64,000 bases of DNA from Spirochaetia bacterium (GCA_965208575.1 CBDBOV010000004.1:1323875-1387874), one strand, 5' to 3'; counted from the stretch's first letter, positions 50,876 through 61,907 are shown. Notes: generated by a model from the letters alone, not told the origin. A program made the numbers and translations.

Positions 50876-53403
50876 TACTGCTTGCTGCTACCCACCAGCT
50901 CGGCCGGCCTGTTCTCGGGGCGGTCGGCGGCGCTGCCGTTACTGTTGCTGCGCTTGCGGCGGAACAGCAGCTTGCCGTCGCGCATGTAGCCGACCACCGT
51001 GCTGCCCGGGAGAAACCGGCCCTTGAGGATGTCGAGCGACAACGGATCCTCGATATCCTTCTGCAGCACGCGGCGCAGCGGACGCGCGCCGTACCTCGGA
51101 TCGTAGCCCTTCTCCATCAGGTACTCGCGGGCTTCCTTGCGCATCTCCAGTTCGATGCGCTGATCGCGCAGCCGCTCCTGCACCTCACCAAGTTCCAGCG
51201 TCAGAATGCGCTCCAGTTCCTGCTTGCTAAGGGCATGGAACACGACCGATTCGTCGATGCGATTCAGGAACTCGGGGCTGAACAGGCGCTTCATTTCGGC
51301 CAGCACCTGGGAGCGGATCTCGGCGAACTGCTTGCCGCCCTCCTCGACCTGGAACCCGAGCGAGGTCTCGGCGCTGATCTCGCGCGCACCGGCGTTCGAG
51401 GTCATGATCAGCACGGTGTTGCGGAACGACACGGTGTGGCCGAGCTGATCCTGCAACTGGCCCTCTTCGAGCACCTGCAGCAGCAGGTTGAACACGTCCG
51501 GATGCGCCTTCTCGATCTCATCGAGCAGAATCACGCTGTACGGCCGGCGCCGAATCCGCTCGGTGAGCATGCCGCCCTCCTCGTAGCCGACGTATCCGGG
51601 CGGTGCCCCTACCAGGCGCGAGACATTGTGTTTCTCCATGAAGTCCGACATGTCGATACGCACCAGGGCGTCTTCGTTGCCGAACAGGAACTCCGCGAGC
51701 GTCTTGGCCACGAGCGTCTTGCCGACGCCGGTAGGACCGAGGAACACGAACGACCCGAGCGGGCGCCGCGGCGACGACAGGCCGGTGCGGGAACGGCGAA
51801 TGGCGGCCGCGATTACCTGGATCGCCTCGTCCTGTCCCACCACCCGCTTGTGCAGTTCGTCCTCGATGTTCAGGAGGCGTTCCGACTCGGTCTGCACGAT
51901 GCGCGCCAGCGGGATTCCGGTGATGTCCGAAATCACCTGCTGGATGTCCTCCATGTCCACCAGGCGCTGTTCCGCCTGCATGTCCTTCTGCCAGTCGCGC
52001 TCACGCGCCTCCAGGTCCGACTTCAACTGGCGTACCTGGTCGCGCACCGCGGCGGCCTTCTCGTAGTTCTGGCTGTTGACCAGGTTGCTCTTCTCGACGG
52101 TGAGCCGCTCGATCTTCTCATCCAGGCTGGTCAGCGTCTTGGGACGGTCGCTGTTGTCGATGCGTTTGCGCGCGCCCGCCTCGTCGAGCAGATCGATCGC
52201 CTTGTCCGGCAGGTGGCGGTCGCTGATGTAGCGTTGCGACAGGTGTACGGCCGACTCCAGCGCCTCGTACGTGTACACCACCTGGTGGTGCTCGGCGTAG
52301 CGGTCCTTGATGCCCTTGAGGATCTCGACCGTGTCGTCGACCTCCGGCTCTTCGACGAACACCGGCTGGAAGCGGCGCTCCAGGGCGGCATCGCGTTCGA
52401 TGTACTTGCGGTATTCGTTCAGCGTGGTGGCGCCGATGCACTGCAGTTCGCCGCGCGACAGCGCCGGCTTGAGCATGTTGGAGGCGTCGATCGCGCCCTC
52501 CGCTCCGCCGGCGCCGATGATAGTGTGCAACTCGTCGATGAACAGCACCACGTTGCCGGCGCCGGTGATCTCCTTCATGACCCGCTTCAGCCGCTCCTCG
52601 AACTCGCCGCGATACTTGGTGCCGGCGACCAGCGAGGCGAGGTCGAGCGTCAACACGCGGCGCCCGTGCAACACGTCGGGAGCGGTCCCGTTCACCACGC
52701 GCTGCGCGAGCCCTTCGACGATGGCGGTCTTGCCCACCCCCGGCTCGCCGATCAGCACCGGGTTGTTCTTGGTGCGGCGCGCCAGGATCTGTATCACGCG
52801 CTGAATCTCGCGCGTACGCCCGATGACCGGGTCCAGCTTGTTTTCGCGAGCGAGCGTGGTGAGGTCGCGGCTGAACTCGTCCAGGGTCGGGGTCGGCTTG
52901 CGGCCGGAACTCTGGCCGCGGCGCCGCTGACCGCTGCCGCTGGTGCTGCGCGGCTGCACGTCGCCGAGGCCGTTGATGCGGATGATCGCCTCGCGCAGCA
53001 TGTTCGCGGTGACGTTGAACTTCTCCAGGTAGCGCAGCACCACCCCGTCGCGCTCGCGCGCTGCCGCCAGCAGAAAGTGCTCGGTGCCGATGTACTCGTG
53101 GCCCATGCTCGATGCTTCCTCGGCCGAGGTCTCCAGCATCTTTCGCGCCCGCTTGGAGGCGGGCACGTCGCCGAGAATGAGACCGCCGGTGCCCTTCGGC
53201 ACGGTACGCTCGATCTCCATCTGCATCTCGGCAACGTTGACCTTGACGCGCTGCAGCGCCTTGACCGCCACCCCTTCGCCATCCTTGAGCAGGGCGAGAA
53301 TGACGTGCTCCGGCAACGACTGCTCGGAATGAAACCGCTTCGCCTCTTCCTGGGCGAGGATGGTGAGGACCTTGTGAGCCCGTTGCGTCAGCCCCCTAAA
53401 CAT
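50875..53403 (-). CDS. clpC: ATP-dependent Clp protease ATP-binding subunit ClpC
   Basis: Clp-N repeats, [31 protein letters not shown]-like linker, [20 protein letters not shown] ClpP-binding loop. Confidence 0.95.
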   Translation of the reverse strand: MFRGLTQRAHKVLTILAQEEAKRFHSEQSLPEHVILALLKDGEGVAVKALQRVKVNVAEMQMEIERTVPKGTGGLILGDVPASKRARKMLETSAEEASSMGHEYIGTEHFLLAAARERDGVVLRYLEKFNVTANMLREAIIRINGLGDVQPRSTSGSGQRRRGQSSGRKPTPTLDEFSRDLTTLARENKLDPVIGRTREIQRVIQILARRTKNNPVLIGEPGVGKTAIVEGLAQRVVNGTAPDVLHGRRVLTLDLASLVAGTKYRGEFEERLKRVMKEITGAGNVVLFIDELHTIIGAGGAEGAIDASNMLKPALSRGELQCIGATTLNEYRKYIERDAALERRFQPVFVEEPEVDDTVEILKGIKDRYAEHHQVVYTYEALESAVHLSQRYISDRHLPDKAIDLLDEAGARKRIDNSDRPKTLTSLDEKIERLTVEKSNLVNSQNYEKAAAVRDQVRQLKSDLEARERDWQKDMQAEQRLVDMEDIQQVISDITGIPLARIVQTESERLLNIEDELHKRVVGQDEAIQVIAAAIRRSRTGLSSPRRPLGSFVFLGPTGVGKTLVAKTLAEFLFGNEDALVRIDMSDFMEKHNVSRLVGAPPGYVGYEEGGMLTERIRRRPYSVILLDEIEKAHPDVFNLLLQVLEEGQLQDQLGHTVSFRNTVLIMTSNAGAREISAETSLGFQVEEGGKQFAEIRSQVLAEMKRLFSPEFLNRIDESVVFHALSKQELERILTLELGEVQERLRDQRIELEMRKEAREYLMEKGYDPRYGARPLRRVLQKDIEDPLSLDILKGRFLPGSTVVGYMRDGKLLFRRKRSNSNGSAADRPENRPAELVGSSKQ

Positions 53404-53723
53404 GGGCCGATCCCACACAATCCACACTTTGTGCGGCCACACCCTGTGCGGCGGGAATGCCGTAGTGCCGTTTCCATACGTGCTGCCCGCGAATCTGTGC
53501 TCTCACTGATACGGCTCCTTCGAATGGTGCTGTCGCTTCCCGCAATCCGGGGCGCCTGCCCCGCCCTACCGAATTCACCAGGACGCGGCGTTGACCCGAG
53601 CAGCAGTATACCTGACGCGCTGAATGCTACAGCCGAAGTATACCACAAATGCGACCGCCAACCGTATGTCGTCCGGTCGCACCGTCGGTCGGTAGGACGG
53701 GACTGCCGATCCGACCTGCCCTC

Positions 53724-53752
53724 GTTATAGTCTAAGCCGGAGCCCCGATCAA
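53724..53752 (-). promoter_or_regulatory. Sigma70-type promoter upstream of the long clpC leader
   Basis: TTGATC-N17-TATAAC on the minus strand. Additional TATACT hexamers at 53637-53642 (extended TG) and 53605-53610. Confidence 0.55.
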
Positions 53753-53778
53753 GCACGCGCAAATCCGGCTGTCCAGCT

Positions 53779-55176
53779 TCAATGATCGGCATCAATGACC
53801 GGCGTGCCGCGCAGCAGTTCGAGCGGCAAACGGGCGGCGGCGCGCGCCGCGGGCAGCGCCGCCGCGAGGCCGGCAAGTGCAATGGTGGCACCCGCCACGA
53901 CCACCACCGGCCCCGGCTCGACGGTGATCGGGATCCGTTCCAGGTAGAATCCGCGGTCGAAGAAGCGTACCGCCGCCGGAGCCTCCGACGCCGGCGCCAG
54001 GAGCGCAGCGAACGCGGTGCGCAGCGCACTCGCCGCCGTCTCCAGGCCGGTGACCACCTGGTTGATGTTGAGCGCGGCGGCCAGTCCCGCCCCGATGCCG
54101 ACGGCGGCGCCGAGCGCCCCGGCCAGCACACCGCTCGCGGTGAGCGTCCAGAACACCACCTCCGGCGGCAGGCCCTGACTCTTGAGGAACGCCATCTCGC
54201 GGCGCCGCGCCAGCGCGATGGTCACCGTGGCCGAGGACACGTTGACGCCTGCCACCGCGACAATCAGGGCCATGATGAGCAGCAGCAGGGCGCGGCTGGT
54301 GGCGAACGATTCGTAGTTGGCGCGCTCCAGCTCGCGCCACGTGAAGATGGCGTAGCCGGGCCCGGCCAGCGCCGCGGTCCGCTCGATCGCCGGGCGCAGG
54401 TCGGCAAACGGATCGGCAATCTTCACACCCACCAGGTCGCGGCTGCCGCCGGGCGGCAACAGCACCTCGGCGGTGGCGTGGGAGACGAACACCCACAACT
54501 TGTCCAGCTCCTGGTAGCCGGAGGTGACGATGCCGCGCACCTGCAGCGGCGTGAGCTTCGGAATCAGCAGCGCCCGGCCGGCGCCGGCGCCGCGGTCGAT
54601 GGCGGTGACCAGCAGCAGCCGGTCGCCGACCTGCGCGTCGAGCGCGCGCGCCACGTCGCGCGACACGACGATGCCGGCGCCGCTCAGATCGAACGCGCCT
54701 GCAGCCACCGCGAGGTACTGCCGCAACCCCGGATCGCGTTCGTAGAGCTGCTGCGCCAGCGCACGCACGGTAACCACGTGGCGGCGGCCGCCGGCCGCCG
54801 CCAGCGCGATCCCGTGCCGCTCACGGGTGGCCAGCGCCCCCGCGCCGAGGCCCTCCTGCAGGCGCGCCGCCACCTCGTCCAGCAACTGCGCGCGCACCCG
54901 CTGGTGCACCTCCAGGCCGGGCGGCAGGCGCACCTGCAGGTGGTAGCTGCCGACCTCCAGGAAACGGCGCGTAATGCCCTCGATGAGCCCGTCGGACACT
55001 TCCATCACCACCATCAACGGCACCAGGCTCAGGCCGATCCCGACCGCCGCGCCGGTCAGGTAGGCGGAGCCGCCGGCGGCTCCGCCCGCCCCGCGTCGGC
55101 GCGCCAGAATGCGCCATGCAAACAGGGGAATCAGCCGCCAGCTCGACCGGACGGCGGCCCCGTGCTGCGCGGTCAC
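53779..55176 (-). CDS. LolC/E-family ABC permease
   Basis: GIGLSLVPLMVVMEVSDG, GIVTSGYQELDK, TWRE, FYLERIP; four-TM FtsX/MacB topology. Confidence 0.85.
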   Translation of the reverse strand: MTAQHGAAVRSSWRLIPLFAWRILARRRGAGGAAGGSAYLTGAAVGIGLSLVPLMVVMEVSDGLIEGITRRFLEVGSYHLQVRLPPGLEVHQRVRAQLLDEVAARLQEGLGAGALATRERHGIALAAAGGRRHVVTVRALAQQLYERDPGLRQYLAVAAGAFDLSGAGIVVSRDVARALDAQVGDRLLLVTAIDRGAGAGRALLIPKLTPLQVRGIVTSGYQELDKLWVFVSHATAEVLLPPGGSRDLVGVKIADPFADLRPAIERTAALAGPGYAIFTWRELERANYESFATSRALLLLIMALIVAVAGVNVSSATVTIALARRREMAFLKSQGLPPEVVFWTLTASGVLAGALGAAVGIGAGLAAALNINQVVTGLETAASALRTAFAALLAPASEAPAAVRFFDRGFYLERIPITVEPGPVVVVAGATIALAGLAAALPAARAAARLPLELLRGTPVIDADH

Positions 55177-55850
55177 GGCGCCGGTCGCAACACGCCCCCG
55201 GCGAGCCGGTACACCGCGTCGGCGCGCGCCGCCAGGGCGGCGTCATGGGTCACCAGCACCAGGGTGGTGGCGTGCCGGCGCACCAGGTCGAACAGGAGAT
55301 CGGCGACCAGGAGGGAATTGCGCTCGTCCAGGTTGCCGGTCGGCTCGTCCGCCAGCACCAGACCCGGCTCGCCCACCACGGCCCGTGCCACCGCCACCCG
55401 CTGGCGTTCGCCGCCGGACAGTTCGTCCGGAAGGTGGGCGGCGCGGCTGCTCAACCCGACCGCGTCCAGCAACTCGCGCGCCCGCCGGCGCGCGGCGGCA
55501 CGCCGCTGGCCGCGGATCAGCGCCGGAATCAGCAGGTTGTCCAGCACGCTGAAGTCGCGCAGCAGGTGGTGGAACTGGAACACCATGCCGAGGGTGCGGC
55601 GGTAGCGCGCCAGCTCGGTCTCGTCGAGGGCGGCCAGGTCGACGCCGCCGACGTGCAACCGGCCCGGCCGGAAGCGATCGAGACCGGCGATGACGTTGAG
55701 CAGCGTGCTCTTGCCGGAGCCGCTGTCGCCGGTGATGGCCGCGCAGGCGCCCGGATCGACTGCCAGGTCCACTCCGCGCAGCACCGGCAGCGGTCCGGCT
55801 GGACTCTGGTAGTGCTTGTGAATGCCGGTCGCCCGTACCGCTACCGCCAT
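55173..55850 (-). CDS. lolD: Lipoprotein-releasing ABC ATPase
   Basis: GDSGSGKST, GMVFQFHHLL, LSGGERQR, LADEPTGNLD, LVTHD. Confidence 0.9.
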   Translation of the reverse strand: MAVAVRATGIHKHYQSPAGPLPVLRGVDLAVDPGACAAITGDSGSGKSTLLNVIAGLDRFRPGRLHVGGVDLAALDETELARYRRTLGMVFQFHHLLRDFSVLDNLLIPALIRGQRRAAARRRARELLDAVGLSSRAAHLPDELSGGERQRVAVARAVVGEPGLVLADEPTGNLDERNSLLVADLLFDLVRRHATTLVLVTHDAALAARADAVYRLAGGVLRPAP

Positions 55851-55878
55851 CGCCGCTCCCGCTCCCGGCACACGCAGG

Positions 55879-57234
55879 TCACTCCGCGCGCAGCGCCGCG
55901 GCTGCCGCCACCCGCGCGGCACGCGCGGCCGCCAGCAGCCCGGACGCCGCCGGAGCGGCCGCCGCAAAGCCCGCCACCAGCAGCACCTCGGAGGCGATCA
56001 GGCGGCTCGGCACCTCAAGCAGGTAGAACGTCTGCGGCGAAAACAGCTCGACCGGCGCCGCGCGAGCGGCGCCGCTGCCCGGCACCAGGGCCGCCACCGC
56101 GAGCGCGGAATTGGCGACCGTCTCCAGCAGTCCGAACACCCCCTCCAGGTTGAACGCCATCAGCAAACCCAGCGCGGTTCCCGCGGCGGCGCCCACGATG
56201 CCCAGCAGCGCTCCCTCCCAGATGAATACCGCGCGCACCGCCCACGGCGGCGCACCCATGGCGCGCAGCAATCCGATTTCCATGCCGCGTTCCAGCACCC
56301 GCCGGCGCAGCCCCTGCAGCACGTTGTAGGCGACTACCAGGAACACCAGTCCCAGGATCGCGGTCAGAAGCAGCTTCTCCACGCGCAGAGCGGCGAACAG
56401 CGCGCGGTTGAACACCCGCCACGACTCCACCCGCGCGTCCGGGTCGACCGCCGCCAGCGCCGCGCCCAGCGCCGTCTGTGCGGCGGCGTCCCGGAACCGG
56501 TTGGCCAGCTTGATCCCGTATACGTACGGCGCCGCGGGCGCGGCGGCGAGCAGCGTGGACGGCCCAACGAACGCCCACCCCAGGTCGTACTCGTACAGGC
56601 CGCTGCGGAAGATGCCCGTCACCACCAGCTCGACGCGGCGCGGCTGCAGGCTCGCCGCGCCGCCCGCAGATCCGTCCAGCGTGACCACCGACACCGTGTC
56701 GCCGGCGCGCGCGCCCAGCCAGGCCGCCAGTTCGGCGCCCAACACCGCGCCGCCGGGCTCGCCGACGGCGAATTCGCCGGCCACCACGCGCACGCTGCGG
56801 GCAAACCCGGCGTCGATGCGCCGCACGTCGGGCGGCACCACGCGCAACGTCAGGCCGCGCGATCCGCCCGGCCCGGCACCGTCCGAGGCGCTGATCAACG
56901 CCGGCAGTTCGGCAAACGGAACCGCCGCCGAGACGCCGGCGACGGCGGCCAGCCGGGCCGCAAACGCGGCCCGGTCGGCGGCTGCCGGAGCGGCGCCCGG
57001 CGACTGCTCGCCGGGCGCCACGCGCAGGTGGTAGGAACCGATCTCCACGATGTTCTCGATGAACCCGAGCTGGAAACCGTTCATCACCGCCAGCACCACC
57101 AGCAGGGTGGCGGTGCCGGCCGCCAGCCCGCCGGCTGCAAGCAGCGCGGCCGCCTGCAGTCCGCCGCGGCCCACGCCGAGGTGGCGGCTGCCGATGCGCG
57201 CCACCAGCCACAGGTGCCGCAACAGCAGTGGCAT
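55879..57234 (-). CDS. LolC/E-family ABC permease
   Basis: LLVVLAVMNGFQ, GIFRSGLYEYD, SWRVFNRALFAALRVEK, EIGLLRAMG. Confidence 0.88.
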   Translation of the reverse strand: MPLLLRHLWLVARIGSRHLGVGRGGLQAAALLAAGGLAAGTATLLVVLAVMNGFQLGFIENIVEIGSYHLRVAPGEQSPGAAPAAADRAAFAARLAAVAGVSAAVPFAELPALISASDGAGPGGSRGLTLRVVPPDVRRIDAGFARSVRVVAGEFAVGEPGGAVLGAELAAWLGARAGDTVSVVTLDGSAGGAASLQPRRVELVVTGIFRSGLYEYDLGWAFVGPSTLLAAAPAAPYVYGIKLANRFRDAAAQTALGAALAAVDPDARVESWRVFNRALFAALRVEKLLLTAILGLVFLVVAYNVLQGLRRRVLERGMEIGLLRAMGAPPWAVRAVFIWEGALLGIVGAAAGTALGLLMAFNLEGVFGLLETVANSALAVAALVPGSGAARAAPVELFSPQTFYLLEVPSRLIASEVLLVAGFAAAAPAASGLLAAARAARVAAAAALRAE

Positions 57235-58436
57235 CAGGAGGTACCGGGCGCGGCGCCCGGCGCCAGTTCGCGGGTGCGCACCACTTCTCCGCCGCGCAGC
57301 AGTTCCTCGCGAATCGGCTCGTCACCGCGCCAGGTCACCCGCAGCACGGTGCCCCCCTCCGCGTGCACCTCCACGACGCGTTCCTCCGGCGAGGGATAGC
57401 TGGTGACCCGCACCAGCCGCCCGCGCCGGCGCACCCGCTCACGGACCAGCCGTCCGTCATCGCCGAACTCGTAGTCGACCGCTTCCGTGCCGGACCGGCC
57501 GATTACCTGCAACGACAGCACGCTGCCGTCGGGGCGATAACGATACCTGCGTTCCTCCACCAGCCGGGCGTCATCCTCGCCCGCCGCAACGTCGTACACG
57601 CGCTCGGACTCCACCCGCCCGGCGCCGTCCACGGTCGTCTCGGTGCGGGTGGCGGCGGCATGGTCGATCCGTGCGCCGGCGCCGCCCTCGCTGACCAGCC
57701 GCTCACCCTGCCACTGTTCGGCGGCCAGCGGCTCGCCGCCCAGAAACCGAAGAATCACCTCCGCGTCGCCCGCCCGGCGGCGCTCCTCGATCAGCTCGCC
57801 ACGGAAGAACAGGAAGTCGACCGACGTACCGGCCGAGGTGCCGGCACCCGCGGCGGCGTCCGATACGGGCGGATCGGCCGGCGTATGGGAGAACCTGCGC
57901 AGCCGCCCGCTACGGGTCAGATCGTATTCTTCGGTCGCGGTGAGCGCGCCGGCGCCGTCGTAACGCTCGATGCGGCGCAGCGTGCCGCCGCGATAGGTCA
58001 GCACGGCACGCCGCACCAGGTTGCCGGCGGCCGAGAAGCGCCGCTCCTCGAGCAGCCGCCCTACGGCGTCGTAGCGGCGCTCCGCCACCACCTGATCCGC
58101 TTCCAGCTCGTGCTCCACGCTGCCGTCGCCGTCGGCGCGGCGGCGCCACTCGGCGACCACGGCGCCGGCCTGCAGCAGGCGGCGGCGCGCCGACAGACCG
58201 GCCGCCTGCGCCTCGCCGGGAGTGTCCACCGCCAGCGCGTACCCGTGGTGGCCGGCGGGGTCGCCGGCCAGGCGGGCGAGCCGGGTGCCGTACGCGTCGG
58301 AGCGGTAGTAGTCCACGGCGGCGGCCGGCCACGTGCCGGACACCAGCAGCGCGGCGCAGGCGGCCAGGACGCTGAACCCGCCGCCGGCGGCGGCCGGCCT
58401 GCGCTCCGCCGGTCGCTGCAACCTCGCGGCGGTCAC
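57234..58436 (-). CDS. Exported hypothetical protein with YD/MORN-like beta-hairpin repeats
   Basis: Signal peptide; repeated RYDA.GRL, EEYD..GRL, YE..DDGRL units. Confidence 0.65.
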   Translation of the reverse strand: MTAARLQRPAERRPAAAGGGFSVLAACAALLVSGTWPAAAVDYYRSDAYGTRLARLAGDPAGHHGYALAVDTPGEAQAAGLSARRRLLQAGAVVAEWRRRADGDGSVEHELEADQVVAERRYDAVGRLLEERRFSAAGNLVRRAVLTYRGGTLRRIERYDGAGALTATEEYDLTRSGRLRRFSHTPADPPVSDAAAGAGTSAGTSVDFLFFRGELIEERRRAGDAEVILRFLGGEPLAAEQWQGERLVSEGGAGARIDHAAATRTETTVDGAGRVESERVYDVAAGEDDARLVEERRYRYRPDGSVLSLQVIGRSGTEAVDYEFGDDGRLVRERVRRRGRLVRVTSYPSPEERVVEVHAEGGTVLRVTWRGDEPIREELLRGGEVVRTRELAPGAAPGTS

Positions 58437-59302
58437 TCCCGCTCGACCACGGCGGCGGCGAAGCGCCCGGCATCGAATACCTGCAGATCCTCCATCCCCT
58501 CACCGGTTCCCACCAGCGAGAACGGCAGGCCCAGTTGCCGGCTCACCGCGAACGCCGTGCCGCCGCGAGCCGAGGAATCGAACTTGGTGAGCAGGAGCGA
58601 GTCGACGCGTACCGCCTCGTGGAACACGCGCGCCTGCTCGACGGCGTTCTGCCCGGTGGTGGCGTCCACGGCAAGCAGGTGATGCACCCCGCCCCCGGCG
58701 CGCTGCTCGGCCACGCGCGCCAGTTTGCGCAGCTCGGCGACCAGGTCGCCGCGATTGTGCATGCGCCCGGCGGTATCGACCAGCAGCAGCTCGGCGCGGC
58801 GCGCCTGCGCGCTGGCGATGGCGTCGAACACCACCGCCGCGGCGTCCGCGCCCCGTCCCTGGCGAACCACCGGCAGGCCGAGCCGCTCGCCGTGGCGCAC
58901 CAACTGATCGATGGCGGCGGCGCGGAACGTGTCGGCGGCGGCCAGCATTACCGTATGCGAGCGCCGGTAGCGATGGGCCAGCTTGGCGAGCGCCGTGGTC
59001 TTGCCGACGCCGTTGACGCCCAGCATCAGCACCACGGTCAACTGCCGGCGGCGCGGCATCACCACCGTGCCGGCGATGGCGTTCTGCAGGATTTCCACCA
59101 GGGCAACCTGCAACTGCTGCCAGTCGCGCGGGCGCTCGGCGCGCACCTCGTCCACGATCTCGGCCGCCAGCCGCGGCCCGAAGTCGCCCTCGATGAGGGT
59201 GTCCTCCAGGGCGTCGAAGTCGGCCTCCCGCCAGCCCCCGGCGCGCGAGAACCAGTTGCGCAGGCGGGCGCCGAACGTGCCGGACCCGCCACCGGCCCGC
59301 AT
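58433..59302 (-). CDS. ftsY: Signal recognition particle receptor
   Basis: GVNGVGKTT, AADTFRAAAIDQL, DTAGR, DATTGQN, TKFDSSARGG. Confidence 0.96.
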   Translation of the reverse strand: MRAGGGSGTFGARLRNWFSRAGGWREADFDALEDTLIEGDFGPRLAAEIVDEVRAERPRDWQQLQVALVEILQNAIAGTVVMPRRRQLTVVLMLGVNGVGKTTALAKLAHRYRRSHTVMLAAADTFRAAAIDQLVRHGERLGLPVVRQGRGADAAAVVFDAIASAQARRAELLLVDTAGRMHNRGDLVAELRKLARVAEQRAGGGVHHLLAVDATTGQNAVEQARVFHEAVRVDSLLLTKFDSSARGGTAFAVSRQLGLPFSLVGTGEGMEDLQVFDAGRFAAAVVERE

Positions 59303-60807
59303 CAGCGCGCGCCCCGGCTGGCGGCGTCCAGGTAGTCGCCCAGGGACACCAGCGCACGCGCCAGCAGGCCGCCGGTCACCGCCGTGGCGGCAATGGCGCC
59401 ACCGTACAGCAGGTGGCGGTCGCCGCCGGCGGCAGTGTCCGCAAGGGGATTGCCGGCCGCGGAGAAAAACACCACCGGCGCGGCCAGCGACAGCAACGCG
59501 GTTCCGAAGTGATCGTAGAATCGGTTGCGCATTTCCTCCTGCCGTACCGCCAGGTCGTACCCGGCGGCTTCCAGCTCCACCTCGATCGGGCCGGTTTCCC
59601 CGCCGCGCAGCACCACTGCCGCGTCATGGTAGCCGTCGAGGCGCAGCAGCAGGCGCGCCGGCTGCCGCGGAACCGCGACCTGCAGCGGCGTGGAGCCGAG
59701 CCACTGCGAGTCGAGATACACCCCCGCACCCGCGGGCGTCGTCGTGACCGCCACCCGGGCGGCCGGCGCCGGCGGCAGCGTGACCGCGAGGGTGGTGCCG
59801 GCGCCGGCCAGCCCGACCTCGCGCTGCACCGGCTCATGGCCGGGCGCGACGACGCGCACGGTGTAGCGGCCGAGCCTCCGGTAGGGCAGCTCCACGCGGC
59901 CGTTGCCGGCGAACTCGCCGTCGACGTACACGGCGCTTTCGGACGGCGTCGGCACCACTGTTATGGTACCCCACGGTTCCCCCACGAACAGTCCCGCAAG
60001 GTGGCGCTGCAACACGGCGACGGCATCGCCGAGCCCCTCCCGGCGCAGTGCGTCGCGGAAGGTCTCGGCGGTGCCGCCGACCGCCGGGCTGACAACCTGC
60101 AGCTCGACGAACAGCACCTCCTCCACCTGTTCCAGCCGGCCGGTCACCAGCAGGTCAAGATCGGCTTCCCGCGCCGCCTGCAGCGCAGAGAAGCGAGGCG
60201 CCGGCAGCAGGCCGCGCTCCTCGGCGCCGGCCACGATCACCAGCGGCTTGCGCTCGGCTATCTCCACGTCCTGCCAGGACAGCCCATGCAGTGCATCCAG
60301 ACGGACGCGCTGTTCGGCGACCTGCGCGGCAACAGACTCGCCGTCGTCGCCGTCGTCGCCGTGGTCGCCGGCCAGTGCCGCACTGTCGCGGCGCCGGAGC
60401 GCGGCGGCGAGATCCGCGTACGCCGCCCGGCGCGCCGCGGCCAGCACGGTGCGCGCCTGCGCGCGCCGCTCGGCGGCGTTCAACGTGTGATGGCGGACCG
60501 GTGCCAGGCGTTCGCGCAACAGGCGCGGAATGGTGCTGCTCAGGTAGACGTTCTCCGCCGCCAGACCCACCCCGCGCAGTTCGCTGAATCCGACGCGCCA
60601 GTCGGCGCGCGGATCGGCGGGCGGGGTGGCGGCGGCGGACCGGCTCGCCGCCGCCAGCACCAGCACGCCAACGGCGACCGCCGCGGCCGTGCGCCGCCCG
60701 GCGCCGGTCCGAACGCTTGCGGCGCGCGGCGCAACACCGGCTGCATGCGAGCGGTGCGGCGCCGGGCTCGAGCGCGGGCTGCTAGCCCGCGCCGCCGTTT
60801 GCCGCAC
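59302..60807 (-). CDS. PEGA-domain membrane protein
   Basis: Signal peptide; two PEGA-like units (V.P..SAVYVDG, TTPAGAGVYLD..LGSTPL); C-terminal hydrophobic helices. Start uncertain. Confidence 0.75.
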   Translation of the reverse strand: MRQTAARASSPRSSPAPHRSHAAGVAPRAASVRTGAGRRTAAAVAVGVLVLAAASRSAAATPPADPRADWRVGFSELRGVGLAAENVYLSSTIPRLLRERLAPVRHHTLNAAERRAQARTVLAAARRAAYADLAAALRRRDSAALAGDHGDDGDDGESVAAQVAEQRVRLDALHGLSWQDVEIAERKPLVIVAGAEERGLLPAPRFSALQAAREADLDLLVTGRLEQVEEVLFVELQVVSPAVGGTAETFRDALRREGLGDAVAVLQRHLAGLFVGEPWGTITVVPTPSESAVYVDGEFAGNGRVELPYRRLGRYTVRVVAPGHEPVQREVGLAGAGTTLAVTLPPAPAARVAVTTTPAGAGVYLDSQWLGSTPLQVAVPRQPARLLLRLDGYHDAAVVLRGGETGPIEVELEAAGYDLAVRQEEMRNRFYDHFGTALLSLAAPVVFFSAAGNPLADTAAGGDRHLLYGGAIAATAVTGGLLARALVSLGDYLDAASRGAR

Positions 60808-61907
60808 CGTGTGATCCGCCTTTCTGTTTCAGATACTCGGTGATGAACGGATCGATGGCGCCGTCCATCACCGCCTGGACGTTGCCCGCCTCGTGCCGGG
60901 TGCGGTGGTCCTTGACCATGGTGTAGGGCTGGAACACATAGGAGCGGATCTGGTTGCCCCATGAGATGTCGCGCTTGTCGGCTTCCAGGTCGCGGCGCTC
61001 GGCGCGTTGCTGCTCCAGGTAGTGGTCGTACAGCCGCGAGCGCAACACCTTCATCGCCGTGGCCCGGTTCTTGTGCTGGCTGCGCTCGTTCTGGCACTGC
61101 ACCACGATACCGGTCGGCAGGTGGGTCATGCGCACCGCGCTGTCGGTCTTGTTGACGTGCTGCCCGCCCGCGCCGCTGGAGCGGTAGGTGTCGACGCGCA
61201 GATCCTCGGGACGAATCTCCACGTCGATCGAGTCGTCGATCACCGGCGACGCGGCCACGGAGGCGAACGTGGTGTGGCGCCGCTTGCCGGCATCGAACGG
61301 CGAGATGCGCACCAGGCGATGGATGCCGCTCTCGGCGCGCAGGAAGCCGAATGCAAACTCGCCCGACACCTCGGCGGTTACCGACTTGACCCCGCCCTCG
61401 GCCTCCATCAGGTCGATGATCTCGATGGCGAAGCGATGCCGCTCGGCCCACCTGCTGTACATGCGCAGCAGCATCGCCACCCAATCGCACGCCTCGGTAC
61501 CGCCGGCGCCGGCGTGCACGGTCAGGTAGCAGGATGCCGCGTCGTGTTCGCCCGACATCCACTCCCGCTGCTGCAGTTGGGCGTAGACGCGGCCCAGGTC
61601 GACGGCGGTGCCGGCAATCTCTTCTTCCAGCTCGTCCGCTTCCTCCGCCACCGCCAGCTCGTGCAGTTCGGCCAGGTCGGCCACTTCCGCGCGCAGCTTC
61701 TGCCACGGCTCGAAGCGCCGCTTGAGACTCTTCAGCCGGGTCAGGACTCCCTCGGCGCGTTCGCGGTCCTGCCACAGGTCGGGACGCTCGGTCTCGCGCT
61801 CCAGCTCGCGCAGGCGATGCTCTACCCGGTCCCGCTCAAAGATACCCCCAGGATTCGTCGACCGCGCTGCGCAGGTCGGTGATCTGCTGCCCTATTTCGT
61901 CCAACAA
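60782..61907 (-). CDS. prfB: Peptide chain release factor 2 with programmed +1 frameshift
   Basis: TTG start at 61907 (MLDEIGQQ...WGYL), shift site GGGGG-TAT-CTT-TGA-G at 61849-61835, then GAGGTEACDW, SPF tripeptide, GAGGQHVN, WGNQIRSY. Confidence 0.95.

Noticed and set aside
47816-53730. Very long plus-strand ORFs (1057 aa and 1230 aa)
   Set aside because: Antisense shadows of the TPR gene and clpC. The same applies to 21840-24632, 25959-28322 and 29850-32339.
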